DNA of 64,000 nucleotides from Paramecium tetraurelia (taxonomy: Eukaryota), in assembly GCA_000165425.1 (NCBI GenBank), contig CT868079.1, positions 1 through 64,000 on the forward strand. The letters are read 5' to 3'. A program made the position numbers and the translations under genes. The notes beneath the pieces are model-generated. The model had not been told where the DNA came from. It made no database searches and worked only from the letters and a program-made list of their open reading frames with translations. Below are positions 1-17,437 of this stretch, piece after piece (the stretch's first letter is position 1; the number at the start of each line of letters is the position of its first letter).

Positions 1-482
1 CCGATGGACTAATTTCTATGAATGTTTAAAATATATTGGTTGACAGATCTATAATTATATTTATAAAATATTACTTAAAAACAAATTTTTACTCTTTATT
101 CCATTGATAAATCCATTTTATTACCAATGTATTCATATAAATTTTCTTACCCAACTTCCATTATAATGCATTGATTTTCTTTCCATTCAAAAAAGTCATA
201 TATTTTTATTAGTTGGCTTGGTTAATATTGCAAATTGTTTCCATTCTCGTACTAGTTTTAGTATTATATTAGTTTTATTAGAAAATCTCTCTCATTAGCT
301 TTCATGTTCTTTTGTATTTTAATTACAACTTATTAAGGATTATTGCCCCAATTCTCGGCATTAGCAAGATAAGCTGCACCTTCTGAGCCAGAACCAAGAT
401 GTTACTATAGCAGAAATCTCCTATTCTGATATTCTTTTGTTTTAGCTTCTACATAGCAATTTGACAATGAGTGATATTTCAT
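1..482 (-). CDS. Ser/Thr protein kinase, 5' part (runs off window start); kinase/coiled-coil family member K1
   Basis: Ciliate-code translation MKYHSLSNCYVEAK...HLGSGSEGAAYL...VVIKIQK...IIMEVGQENLYEYI...KICFQ / 26-nt intron / ICQPIYFKHSQKLVHR at the window edge. Confidence 0.85.
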
Positions 483-952
483 TTCTATTTCTATTAAGAT
501 TTATGATAAGCATTATATATTAGTTGGGCCCTAAATCTCTTTCAAAAAATGGTAACCCTATTGTTTTGCAATTCAATATATTATTGATAAGTTGACTCTA
601 ATTAAAAGCAATAATTTAGAAGAATTCATTAATTCATAAGAATCTTCAATTATCAATAGATATGAACTGTAATCTAATGAGCATCAAGATGACTCAACAT
701 CATTGAAGTCTAAAACTATGGTAAGCTATGAAATTATAAAAGCCTTTCTTAAATCATAGATTTTTTGTTTAATTAATTTAATATCCTCATTATACATTGG
801 AGAAAATAAATTGAAACAATAATCTAGTATCAATACAAAAATCAAAATATTGGGAGAGAATTTGGGGTTTAAATTAAGATGGTCAATATGAAATATTTTT
901 AATCCAATAATAAAGTATATAAATTATGCATTTTTAAGTATTCTCATACATA

Positions 953-3012
<2,060 letters not shown>

Positions 3013-3834
3013 TGAAGTAAATTAATATTGGATAATATTTGTTAATAAATAAATCTTTTTGCTTTATAGAGAATTAAAGTTGAATTATTAGATTATAAAT
3101 TTTCTATCTTTTTAATATGTTGATAATGAAAAAATATTATTTTATAACAATAAAGCCGTTTATCTTATAAATTTATAATAAATTATCTTAATTCAAATTA
3201 ATAGTCTCTTACTTGATACTTCTTAATATTTTTTAATAAAACCATGTAGATTTAACACTAATGATAAATTTATATATCAATTTAAAAAATTTAACTGTTC
3301 TTAAATTTAAGGAAGTATATAGAATTAATTAAACTTGTTGATTGTAATTCAAACTAATTATAATTTTAAGAGATTGTTTTACATGTCAAAAATTAACGGA
3401 TTGAAAATACTATATTTTCAATAATTATTCTTAATTATAGAATTACAATTTTAAGCTAATTATTATTCATACTTTCTACTTAAAAGATATAATTCAACCT
3501 TGAGTTTTATTATGATTTAATCCACTATTAGTTAATAAAAAATTTTATCAAATATTGTTTTATCAAAATATTATCAACAAAAAATAAAAAAAAACTGTTT
3601 TATTTTAAATATAACTTGAAAAATTATATAGCGCAGATGTCCTACTTACATGGCACATTGGACTTGTAATTATTAAATACTTCAAAATATCTATTCATAT
3701 TTAAAGAATGTAGATTAATATTATTTATATTAATACATATAATATTTCTAAATTTATAATCTACTTTCAAATTAATTGCTATCAATTTTTACCAATTTTA
3801 TCAATGAAAGTAGTTTTAGTGTGCTTTGAAAAAT

Positions 3835-5945
<2,111 letters not shown>

Positions 5946-5959
5946 TATTTATTACGCTA

Positions 5960-6930
5960 ATCATTATAAAGTCTATAAAAATCCACTCTTTCTAACTTAA
6001 ACCTATTACGAATATTTGTAATCCACAGTCTTTCCTATATTATCTTTTCTTTCAACAACAATTTGCTAAATTAAATTGATAGATTACTTTCACTTTCTCC
6101 CTTCTTAATTGATTCTAATTCAGCTTGAGCAAGCATGAATTTTTCCTAGGTTTCATGATACTCTCTATTGAGAATAATGAATTTCTATTTCCAAGTTTCT
6201 ACTTCCTTAATTGATATTAATAATCAATAAGTACTTTAGAGAGATATGTCAGTTTTCAACAGTTACTTCTTCATGAGTGGTTTACAACTCATCAATATGA
6301 TGATGAGCATCGTCTAATTCCCCTCTAAGTAGATTAATATCTGCTTATAGTTGAGAAATGATGCCGTCCTATTTTGTAATTTATCTCTTGACATAAATGA
6401 CTATTGCTATACCTCTCTTTCAACAAGTGTGGTTTACAATGAAACCAAGCTTGAGCTTCTGGACAAATCATTTTTCTAGATTTGAGTCCTGAGCTCAGAA
6501 ATTGTCCTGTCTTTTTATGCATTGTTCTCATGTTCATGTTCTAATTGCTTTGACCATATGTAATTCTTTTTCTAATTTGGTTATCTAGATAATCCTAGTG
6601 ATATTTAAACTTATTCAGTGTCTGTCGCAATTTCCTTTACTATTTTTACTTCAGGTTATCTCATTTCCAGTTCAATAATTCCTGTTCTGAGTGCTTCAAC
6701 TTCTTTATTATTTACTTTCTTCTTCTTTTGCTCTTGACCTGAGGACATGGTTGATAGATTGGTTGTTGGGGCATAAGTAAGAAGGTAGGCAGATGGTAGG
6801 TGTACTGACTATATACTTTTTGGTAGATTTGATTCGATATAGGCAAATAGAATTGGCCATCCAAATCATAATTATAAGGCATTTATGGAGTTCCCACTTC
6901 GTAGTTCAATTACTCTGTTCCTGGATTCAT
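5960..6930 (-). pseudogene. Coiled-coil protein, probably disrupted
   Basis: ATG at 6930; heptad-rich segments (EVEALRTGIIELEMRQPEVKIVKE; DGIISQLQADINLLRGELDDAHHHIDEL; EVETWKQKFIILNREYHETQEK) cannot be joined in one frame using canonical introns only; 3' end approximate. Confidence 0.5.
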
Positions 6931-6959
6931 AAAAATTCTCAGAAATAAAATAAATTAAA

Positions 6960-9596
6960 ATGAAATTAAACGATCAAAATAGCAACAGTCAATTGACTAT
7001 CTTTCCCTCTGCTTACAATACAAATATGACTGCAGCATACAAATACTTATCAAGGGAGTCAAGTGTAATGAAAAACGATAAATCAATTTTAAAATCTCCA
7101 TCGTCCAACTAATTATATTGTGCATCAAATAGAGGGAGTGACAAGAAAGTGAGAATTCAAGAATCTGCTTCTAAAGGGTCAATACAATTTAAAAATTCAG
7201 CATAATTTGGTCGAACCTCAACTGACTTAATTTAAGTTCCTCCGATGAGAAGTCTTAACAGAGAGGATCGAGAAAAACTAATAGCCACTCTAATTCAATA
7301 GGTTAAATAGCAGAATTAATTAATTATACAATTGGAAGATAAAGCCTCACAGTAAGCTGAACAATTAGATGAGTTGAATCTATATAATGAGAAATATGAG
7401 CAAAAGGAAAAATGTTATGGAGAGATAATTTAAAATTAAAACAAAATAAATTAAAGAAGTAAAATCATTATAGATATTGATTAGTCCATTAGATAGCAGA
7501 GCTCAGGGAATTGGAGTTTAGATAAACAAATGATCATTTAGACATCTTAAATTAGATATACGAGGATGAGGTTGATATGGATATGGCGATTAAATGGAGA
7601 AATGCCAGATTGAAATTCAATTTTCTGGATGCATTATCCAAGGCTGCTAAATACTCTAAAAAGTTGAATAAAATTGTATTAAGAAAATAGAATCAAAAAT
7701 TGAAAGAGTGTTTTAAGGGGTGGAAATATTATATTCAAAATAAATCTTTATTGACTTAATTTAATGAAGTAAGAAATCTAAGGATTGTAATTAATTTCTG
7801 GATGAAATGGAAATAATAAATTTAGGATAAAAAAGAGTATTGCAAGAATCTCAAAACAGCAATTCAATTTAATAATCAGAATTTAAAAACAAAATGCTTT
7901 GGAAAATTGAAATAGAATTATCTAAAATATAATTTTAGTCTTAAGGACTTTTAGTAAATCACCTAATCTGCTATTGATGAATTTAAGAGAATCAAATTGT
8001 TTAAAGTACTAATTGACATTATTCTAGGTTTTCAGTTAGTGGATTCTCTGGATTAAGAAAGAGAATTAGAAATAGTAAATAATATATCAACACATTAATA
8101 ATGGACGCACTAAAATGATGAAAGGAGTGATCAGATTTTTGAAATAGAATTGTGATTTTCATAAGGAAAGAGCTAATAAAATAGTAAAATAGAGAGTTTA
8201 GACGAAAGTATAAAAACTTTTTAATTAATTGAAACAAAATTGGAAATAAAATAAATATAGAGAGAATTAAATCAAGTTAAATAGGAATTTCTTTATTAAG
8301 TTTAGACAAGTCAAAAAGTGGATAAGAGAGTATTAAAAGTTATCGAGATTGAATCAGATAAGCATTAAAGTAGTGAAGAAGAGGGAGATCTAATTTTTAT
8401 AAGGATGTATTGAATTTAATTGATTGTAGTATTTGATGCTTTGAAAAACAATGCTTACTATAGGAAAATGAAGAGATAAAATGAAATATTGTTGAATAAG
8501 AAGTATGATAATCGAGTATTGAATTGGGCATTTATGCATTGGTTAAGCAATCTCTTAAAGAAGAAGAATTTATTGGTAAAAGAATAGAATGTAGTCATTT
8601 TGAAACAAAAGGATATTGATTATTAGTAATAAAATGATGTATAGAACTTAAAATAAATGTACAATAGTGTCTAATAGGAATTGGGAAGTTAGGAAGAGTA
8701 AATCAATAATTATAAAATATTGATATCTAATCAAAAAGAAGTAGAGCATCAGTTGTAAATGCAATAGTATTTAAAAATTGAATAATTAGCGATTATTTGA
8801 AATAGGAGTTGGTGTAAACAAAGGATCAATTGGTTCACTATTAGATCAAGGGTGATGAAGTAAGGATTTTGAAAGAGTAGTATACATTAGCTTAATAATA
8901 GTTGAAAGAGTTGAGAATGCAAAAAAGATGTATTATTAAATTTCATATGATTAAGTGGGATCTCCAATTAGAAATTTATAGAGTAGCGGGATAAATGGAG
9001 AATAGGATCAATTAAGGAAGTAGGTGGAGATCAGTTCTACATTGCTGAACGATCAGAAATAAGAGTATAATTCATTGTAGATGGAATATTCGAAAGTAGT
9101 GGGAGATTACGAGAAGAAGATCAAAGACATAGAGAAATACTTTGTGGATTTATGTGACAAATAGAAGTTGTAGATTGAGAGATGTAATTAATCCAATATA
9201 TGGTAGTGTTGAAAGAGAATCAATCTATTAAAATTGAAAACCAGCAGAATGTTGTTTCTAGGAATAAATTAATGGATGAATTGAATATGATACATGAGTC
9301 ATTTAGAGAGGAGATTCCACAATAACATCGCACTAATTTTCAGACTCAAGATTCTTATGAATAATAATAGTATGGGTAGAATCAAAGATTAAAGTCAAAT
9401 TTATATAGTCAGACATCACCAATTTCAGTAAATTAATATTCTCAAAATTCTCCATAAAAATAAGTCTAGATTGAAGATAGGTATGTATAATGTGTTATCA
9501 TTATCAAGAAGGATAAAAGAAGAAGCATACAATTTAAGAGAAGATATAAAAAGGCGATTGGCTTCTTTAAAGACTCAGATGGATTGCTAATTGTGA
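6960..9596 (+). CDS. Large helical protein with Sfi1-like (centrin-binding-type) repeats and C-terminal coiled coil
   Basis: Repeated L..K.F..W(K) motifs: LKECFQGWK, VIQFWMKWK, LKTKCFGKLK, VQKLFNQLK, LNWAFMHWL; several short introns; TGA 9594-9596. Confidence 0.55.
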
Positions 9597-9661
9597 ATTT
9601 GTTATAATATTTTTAATCTATAAATAAATACTAACTATTGAGAAATCCTATCCAATAATTG

Positions 9662-10290
9662 ATGTAGAATTCTCAAACCACAAACATATTATTTGTGAGA
9701 CATGCTTAATCATCTTAGAATATTAGGTGATACCTTATGTGATTGGTTAGAGAATAGATTAACAGCCAGAGTCATATTCTAAATTAAGGAAAACAACAAG
9801 CAAATATATTATTATAATCATTATTACCATTTCGTGATCAATATAAGGAGTGTATGCAACAAATTCGAGATGTGTAAAGAAACTGTTTAAATTAGTTTAG
9901 GGTTTCCGAATGACTAACTAATAATTGAAGATTCTTGATTGAGGTTTTTTATAATATTACAGAAGAGATGTAGAATATACTTTTGAGTCCCATCAGTTAG
10001 GATTTAAGGCTTAGTAATAAACTTAAGAAAGGGGCAATAAAATTGGGGGTTGAGAAATGTAATTAGAATGGAACCTATTTGATGTTTAACAAGGAGTAAA
10101 ATAAATCATGATAATTAAAAGGGATTAATATGTAGCATAAATTGTGATTTTGGATTGCAGGATTCATTAGGGAATTGCGATTGTGTAGGTTTGGAATATG
10201 ATAAGGAGAAAAAATAGATGAAATAAATAATATTCGATTGGGATTTCCATAGGAAGAGAGTTAAATAGAAATATGATTTTGAATTATTTA
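9662..10290 (+). pseudogene. Histidine phosphatase (PGAM-family) paralog, degenerate
   Basis: MQNSQTTNILFVRHAQS (RHG-type motif), LNQGKQQA..LPFRDQ aligning to the downstream gene, then several frame breaks and TGAs. Confidence 0.6.
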
Positions 10291-10314
10291 TATAATAAAT
10301 TTACGTATATAAAT

Positions 10315-10990
10315 ATGGATAAATTTGAGTCTTTAAAAGTAGATATAGAGAAAATCTTAGATTCGGATAAAACAGTGCTAATCTTCATTAGACATGGAGA
10401 GACGGAAGCTAATTTTACAAAATAACTGAGTGGTTGGCATGATGTCAAGTTGACAGAATTGGGTTGAATTTAGAGTCTATTATAGGTTTAAATGAAGGGA
10501 AACAATTATCAAAAGCATTTTAACCATTAAGGGATCGATTTGCAGGGATCTACTGTTCAGATTTAAGCAGAGCAAGAGTGACTGCTGAATTAGCCTTAGG
10601 ATCAGGAGAAAAGATATAATAAAGTATGGAATTAAGAGAACTTAATTTTGGGGATCATCAGAATAAGGTGTATTCTGAGGACAACAAATGCATCTACGAG
10701 ATCTTGTTCACTCAGAAATATCAAGCACCCAATGGAGAGAATTGGAATGATGTGAGGAATCGAATAATGAAATACTTGAGATCTCAGATTCATAGTAAGG
10801 GGGTCTATTTGATTTTCACTCATGGAGTATGCATCATTATTGTATATTTAAGGGAGCCATCTTCTCTATGACTCATTAATTTGGGTATACGAACACTATA
10901 AAGAATTGTTCATGCATTGGTTTGGAGTTGGATATCAATACTCTAGAAATAATGAATTAATTATTTTATTGGGAATTTCCCAATTAGTGA
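10315..10990 (+). CDS. Histidine phosphatase superfamily branch 1 (phosphoglycerate mutase/CobC-like)
   Basis: IFIRHGETEAN..SGWHDVKLTELG, YCSDLSRARVTA, LRELNFGD, NGENW, IFTHGG, NCS; two short introns. Confidence 0.9.
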
Positions 10991-11081
10991 ATTACTCGAT
11001 TTATTTAATATTTACAGATGATAACGATTAATATTTTACTAGTAAAATATTCTGATTAAAAACAACATAAAATAAAGTGAT

Positions 11082-12129
11082 TCATTAATGATCTCCCCCA
11101 TAAAGTTTCTTAAATTTTTTCAGCCTGTTGCATTCCTATATATTATGATCTTTGCTATAGAAAATCTCCATCTATTTAATGTCTTGATGGTAAACCGAAA
11201 AAAACTAAATATAGAACGAAATCACTACATATCCGAAATACGTCTAAGAATCGATGTCAGTGTAACACCCATAGCCTTTGAAATGATTATTTCTGAATTC
11301 CCCTTTGAAATAACTAAAATCTGGCCAGGTCATCAAACCTTATCCATGCATCAGTCCTTATTGTACTTATCCACAATATCTAAAAATAGGTTAGTATAAT
11401 TACCTTCTGCCGTCTGGAAACGTAAACTAACCTCTCCCATCAATTATTCCAGCTTTAAATTAACCTTCATATTTAATTCCATTTTTTCTCGTTTCAATTC
11501 CATTACCTGAGAGTCTGTTATCACTCCAATACCCTGAATAACAACAAAAACTACCTCTAACCTCTTTTTTTTTATTTTTAAAAACTCCGAATCCATTCGC
11601 TTTATTATCAATTAGATGACCTTCAAAACTAGAAATAGCTTATTAAATTACACATCTCCATTTGAGTAGATCATCCGTGCAGGTCCATTAGCCTTGTCAT
11701 TCTACCAAAAGCTAACATAACTCCCTTATAGTTACCTTTCCAAATAATTTCCTTCAGTCAACCAATGTTATTTTCCTACTCCATTTCGAATCCCATTTAT
11801 CACTGAACCATAAAATATAGAACCATCAGAACATAAAAGATATGAGTAGTTAGAAGTATTCGTGTCCATCTATTCTATAGCTTTAAAAGTTCCCAATTCA
11901 TTTATTTGCTCCTAAACTTCAGGTCTCAATTAACCCAAACTTGTAATTTCTTATCCGATATTACAAAGAGATTAGGAGAAGTCCTCTAAACTACCTTACG
12001 TTTTAATATTCTTGTTATCTTCAAATTATATCGAATAGGCATACTTTTATATTGTTCAGCTATATTGATCGATAGTTAAGTGCTTTAAATTGATGTCTTG
12101 GAAGTATTACTATTACAAACACAACCCAT
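11082..12129 (-). CDS. MORN-repeat protein with N-terminal MGCVC acylation motif
   Basis: DGSIFYGSVINGIRNGVGK, NYLEGNY, GDVQFNKLFLVLK-like and GLMHGQGLMTWPDFSYFKGEFRNNHFKGYG repeats; starts MGCVCNS. Confidence 0.8.
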
Positions 12130-12703
12130 TTTATAATATGATATATATATTTATCATTTTAAATAAAAATGTAAGACTTATAATAGTCAAGTAAAATTAA
12201 TTTGATTAATCATGCTCAATTTATTTAATCCTCTTGAAACACTCCTCAATTTAATATTAAACCAACACTTTTCCATCTAATTAATAATTTATTAATATTT
12301 CATCCATTAAATTATACTTGCCTGAATTGCAGTTCGCTATCTTTTCATGGCCTAGCTCTACCATTTTTCCTCCATAGGCTTCACTTCTACAAATCCATCA
12401 AAAATCAACAATTTTACTTTCTGTGCTTAGACTAACTTAATTATTCAACGAGTACTTAAAATATTTTTTGATACTATTCATTCATTATTCTAGTTGATAT
12501 ACTCTAATAAAATAAGCAATTTTTTCCTCTCCTCCCTTAGTTAGCACAGTCTTCATGATGGCATATCAATGTAAAATAATTATATTTTTTATTATAAAAT
12601 AAGTTTGGCTTAATTAATATCATTTATTAATCCACACAATTACGTATTTCTAATTTCATTTGTTAATTATTAATAAACCACCTCCTTTCACAGATTTTAC
12701 GAT

Positions 12704-13210
12704 ATGATTATTAATAATTATTTGCTGATTAATCATGACTTAGATGTGATTACTAGTCAACGACCTCCGACAGTCGTAATTGAAGATCAATTTAAATGCC
12801 TTAATAATACCAATTTTTCAAGAACTTTTAGAAAAACACAATTACTTCGCAAATTAGACACAAAATAAAACAATACTAACATGATGTCATCGACAAAACT
12901 AAAACCAATTACAACATCCCAAAGCCTAATTTGCCTGAGTCTCAAGACACCAATCTATGAAGCAAAGGAGAAAAAATTGGAACTAGCTAATTTAAAAATG
13001 GGGAAGAGAATGAAGAGATAAACTGCATGCTAAACAGATTGTTTTGATAATAATATATATTTCAGAAAAACACTCTCCTCTAATTGTAAATATCAAATCA
13101 CAAATATTTATTAGTCTAATAACCAGGAAAAGCATTTTTCTATGCAACATTGTAAAAATCTAAAATTGACTTTTACAAGGTAGATGGTTAAACAAAATAA
13201 AAATGATTAT
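12704..13210 (+). CDS. Hypothetical protein (3' end uncertain)
   Basis: TGA-free frame from ATG 12704 for more than 160 codons; runs into the convergent thioredoxin-domain gene, so an unrecognised intron or stop is likely. Confidence 0.35.
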
Positions 13211-13231
13211 ATTTTATAACCCTTATAAAAT

Positions 13232-15003
13232 TCAAAGATTGTCAATAAGCTTTGTTAAGAAGTGAAGCATTTTCGATTCATCTCCTGGATTTATCTTATT
13301 TTGTACTAGATCTGCTTATTTAATTTTCCCATCATACAAGATATAGATCTACGGGGCTTGAATTGGAGATGGCAACACTTGGGATTCATTTAAAATATTA
13401 TATCTAATTGTTAACAAAGCTAATACTTTCTCAAAGTGATGTTTTTAAAGTTCTAAACATTTTTAACTCTATAAGGATTTGGATTGAGGATATTCTAAGC
13501 AATTTTATCCAAGGTTTCAGCAACTGTATTACAAGCTGCACATCCTGGCTTATAAAAATAAAGGAAATCAAAGCCTGACAACTCCAAGTTATTCGCAGTT
13601 ATGGTTTGTAATTTTTCCAAAGGGATCTTAACAAATGTTTTTTCATAGTATTCTTCTCTATAATTATCTTATGGTTCTAAGTTTTATATCTATAATTTGG
13701 TTGTTTAAACAATAAATTGTTTTAATCTATTGACAGTTAATTTATCTTCAAAAGAGTATCTCTTACATTATTTGTATTGATCATAATTACTTTCCTACTG
13801 TCCTAAATGTACAATATTAAAGGAATTGGTGTAAGTTTGATGTGAATTTAGATCAAATAATCTGACATCATCTGTAATTCCATTATTCACTATTCCAAAA
13901 TACGACTAGAGTAGATCTATATTATCTGAATAAATGATTCCAAATTTCTATTAGTATTCAGCGTTCATGGATCTCTTTACATTCACCAATTTTCTGATTA
14001 TCTTTTCCTTTACTTCCTTCTAAGTATGATAAATCATGATATATTGGACACCCATTTGTTTGTAGATGAGCAATTAGGAATCCATTTATTGTTTGTTGAA
14101 GACGTAATTGACATAATTATTGGATGTCAAAGTCAATCTTTGTACAAGTTTTTGCAGATTCAATTATTGACCTGCCTACTCCTATGATCCCAAGATATAT
14201 CCAGAAATGGAATCATATTTCTTCTTTATTCTAAAAGTATCAGCTGTCTCTATATTAGGGTCTGGTTCAATTTTGTTCATGCAATACTCTTTGGCATTGT
14301 GAAAGAAGGATGACTCTTTTGAGTTGAAGATGCTGGTCTATTTGAGTACGTAGACTTCTCCTATATCATTCGCAGATAAGTTGAATTCATCAGCCACTGT
14401 TTTATCCTTGATGACGTAATACTGAGCCTCTCTATTGTAATCTAGATACCTGAGTTCTCTGAATTGTTCCTCCAATTATTGGGGATCTTTGTAATTACGC
14501 TATTTGAATGTGTCAAATTTATTAATTTATTCTTCTGATTTTACTATAGCTTATTAAGGGATGTAACTCAATACAACCTTAGCATCCATTTGATCTATTA
14601 GGTTAATGGCCTCTTATTTACTGCTTAGAGTCTATAAGGGAGTCAAAAAATTAAGCAATTTCAAATAGTCTTCCTCTCCTCTTATTTTCAATAGCAGACA
14701 TCGGTGTTGGTTGACTGCAATCAAATCATAATCATTGAAGGCACCATCATATATACAGAATTTCACAGACAAATGTTTTGGTAGATCTTCGATGATGTCT
14801 CTGTTTAGAATGATGATAGTGTTGGTAAAATACTATGGATTTGCTAAGACTGCATTGACATCTTTTTCATTTATGATTTTCATGTTTTGCATAGTAATTT
14901 GGGAACATCTGAATTTCTATTGTTAATTATAGACTAGAGCCAAACAAGTTGCAAGTTGTGTGAATTTTAACAATTTAGGTATTAATCTAATTGTTCTAAA
15001 CAT
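13232..15003 (-). CDS. ~580-aa protein with C-terminal thioredoxin-like domain (CAAC) and possible mitochondrial presequence
   Basis: Starts MFRTIRLIPKLLKFTQLATCLALVY; C-terminal FLYFYKPGCAACNTVAETLDKIA...QAPQIYIL; one 23-nt intron; TGA at 13232. Confidence 0.7.
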
Positions 15004-15472
15004 TATAATTATTTTTTAGTTTATATTGAAAAAAACAACAAAATATTATAATTAATTAAACAAGGAACACAAAGGTTATTTGTAATTGAGTTAATCTGAA
15101 ATTCAAACATAAATAAATGAAACATTTGATTTATGATTCCAAAAAATGACATAGATATTAGAATATAATCGACAAAGATATTAAATTGAATATAAGAAAA
15201 TGAGACTATCATATAGTTGGCATAGATTGACTAGAAGAGCAAAGATCATTTTTCAAATGTAATAACATAAATCTTGAATGAAAATAAGAAGTGTTTCTCC
15301 ATAGACCAAATATAATTTAATTTAAAATTAACAAAACTAGTAGTTGGATATATTATTCTTAATCTATTAGTAACTAAAAATCTCTAAGAAATAATCATAT
15401 ATACATTTTACATCATGATTGCCAAACACTCTTAATATTAAATCATAATGTACATATAAATAATTCATATGT

Positions 15473-16155
15473 TCATTAATTTGTTTATTGTCCTTCAGCT
15501 GAAATCAATGCCATCAATTCAACCATCACATCATTTATTGGTGCATAAATTTAATTTTATTTCTCCAAAGAATTTACACAAGAAATTCGAAATATATGCA
15601 AAACATTATGTCCAAACTTTTCTTAATCATAATTAGTACTTTATTAACTAGATTCCAATTGATTTTATCAGAATGTGTTTGAATTAATTAGGATAATAAT
15701 TGCGATTGATGAAACTGGGCCGCTTTCATTATTGGTGATTCTCCTCCCTTGCATTAATATCAATTATACAATTGTTTGAATATTGGGTGATGCCTTTGAT
15801 TGAATTAAATAATCCACTATTGCAAGATTGCCAATTGCACATGCGAAATGAAGCGGAGTTCTTCCAAGCTAATTTTTACATTACAAATTACTAAGTCCTG
15901 TTGATCAATGTCGGCCTTCTAGATTGCCACTAAAAATTGAACCAAATTCAAATTCCCATTGCTTGCTGCCTAATGCAGAGCTGTTATGCCTTGGTTTGTT
16001 AAGGCGATATTAACATTAATTTCGATTTTTGGGGAATTAAAAAATTACACTATTTATTCGTTTTTATCTAATATCGATATTTGAAATATACTCTACATGA
16101 TTGCTAACCAGAGAGCGTACTTAAGCTGATCGACCTATTATCTTTGATTGGCCAT
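15473..16155 (-). CDS. Ankyrin-repeat protein
   Basis: GITALHQAASNGNLNLVQFLV, GRTPLHFACAIGNLAIVDYLI, GESPIMKAA, GHNVLHI; short introns between repeats. Confidence 0.9.
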
Positions 16156-16306
16156 AACAAATTAATTTAAATTATTAAAAATAATGCAATTTATCGTTTC
16201 AAGGGAACGAATATTATTTGACAAACAATCATATATTTTTGTTTTCAATATTTAAATAAGTGGAAATACATATTAAATTAAAATTAAATTATTTAATTTT
16301 TTAATA

Positions 16307-17336
16307 ATGGAAAACAAAGAGTTAGAGTAAGAAATCAAAAAGAAAATAACAAACATCCCACTCAAAGATAGAGCAAAAGTTACAGCTCTCAGATACTATT
16401 TAAATAAATGCAAATAAGCTGATACAGACATGGAAACTACTTGTGATAATATCCAATCGAAATATGACAAATTGAGTATGCCCATCTATCAAAGAGTAAG
16501 ACTCACATATATTACTTTAATTAGGCTGATGAGATTATTTTGGGCACAGCCTAATTGAATGAATAAAACCTTGGTTTGGCAGCTAAATTACTATCAGAGG
16601 AAGATTTGCAACAATTCAATCAAGCTCCTAAAGAATCCAAAGCCATTCCTGATTATTGGTTGAAAGTGTTCAAGAATGCCGATTTGTAGGAATTGCCATT
16701 ATCTGAAAGAGATGCTGAAGCCTTCAAGTTCTTACAGAAAATTGAATTCACATTGGCTGAGAATGATTCAGACTTCTTCCTCAAATTCCACTTTGCAGAA
16801 AACCCTTTCTTCAAATAAACCGTTTTGGAGAAGAAGTTCTATTACGAAGACGATGAGTTGACTAAAGTAGAAGCAACTAAAGTTGAATGGCATGATGGAA
16901 AGAATTTAACTAAGAAATTAATTAAGAAGGTATTCTAGTTTACTGATAATTTTTTAGAAATAAAGAAATAAGAAGACTGGACAATTTAGAGTAATTTCTA
17001 AGGAAGTTGATGACGAGAGTTTCTTCTTGTTTTTCAGATCAATCGATATATCCAATAAGGAGAAGTATGACAAATTACCTGAAGATGAAGTATTCATTTT
17101 AATTTAAAGTGTAGTAAATCTCATTGTAAGGTCAATTGGATGTTGACTAGGATGTGGGCAGAGAGATAGTTGATGAATTGTTGCCATATTCTCTTGAATA
17201 CTTTTTGGGAATAAAGGAATTCAAGACTGAAGATGATGGAGGTGCTGAAGGAGAGGAGGATGATGAAGAAGATGATGAGGAAGTAGAAGTTCCAGCAAAA
17301 GGATAAAACAAGGGAAAGGACAAGAAGAAGAAATGA
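16307..17336 (+). CDS. NAP1: Nucleosome assembly protein (NAP1 family)
   Basis: KAIPDYWLKVFKN, FHFAENPFF, VEWHDGKNL, ESFFLFF, acidic C-terminal tail; three short introns. Confidence 0.92.
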
Positions 17337-17437
17337 TTTATGTATATTAATTTTTTTAATTGTACATTTAATGATGTATTCAATAAATAATTAGTAATTT
17401 ACATTTTTGTGTTGCTTTTTAATAATAAATTAAATAA

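Noticed and set aside
503..890. Plus-strand open stretch (IIDKLTLIKSNNLEEFINSQE...) between K1 and K2
   Set aside because: No in-frame ATG or clear intron and no recognisable motif; at most a remnant
3630..3670. TACTTAC resembling the U1 snRNA 5' end
   Set aside because: Continues ATGG rather than CTG, with no U1 stem-loops or Sm site
12190..12570. Short minus-strand coding-like segment (MKTVLTKGEEEKIAYFIR...)
   Set aside because: In-frame TGAs and no family motif; a gene model cannot be defined
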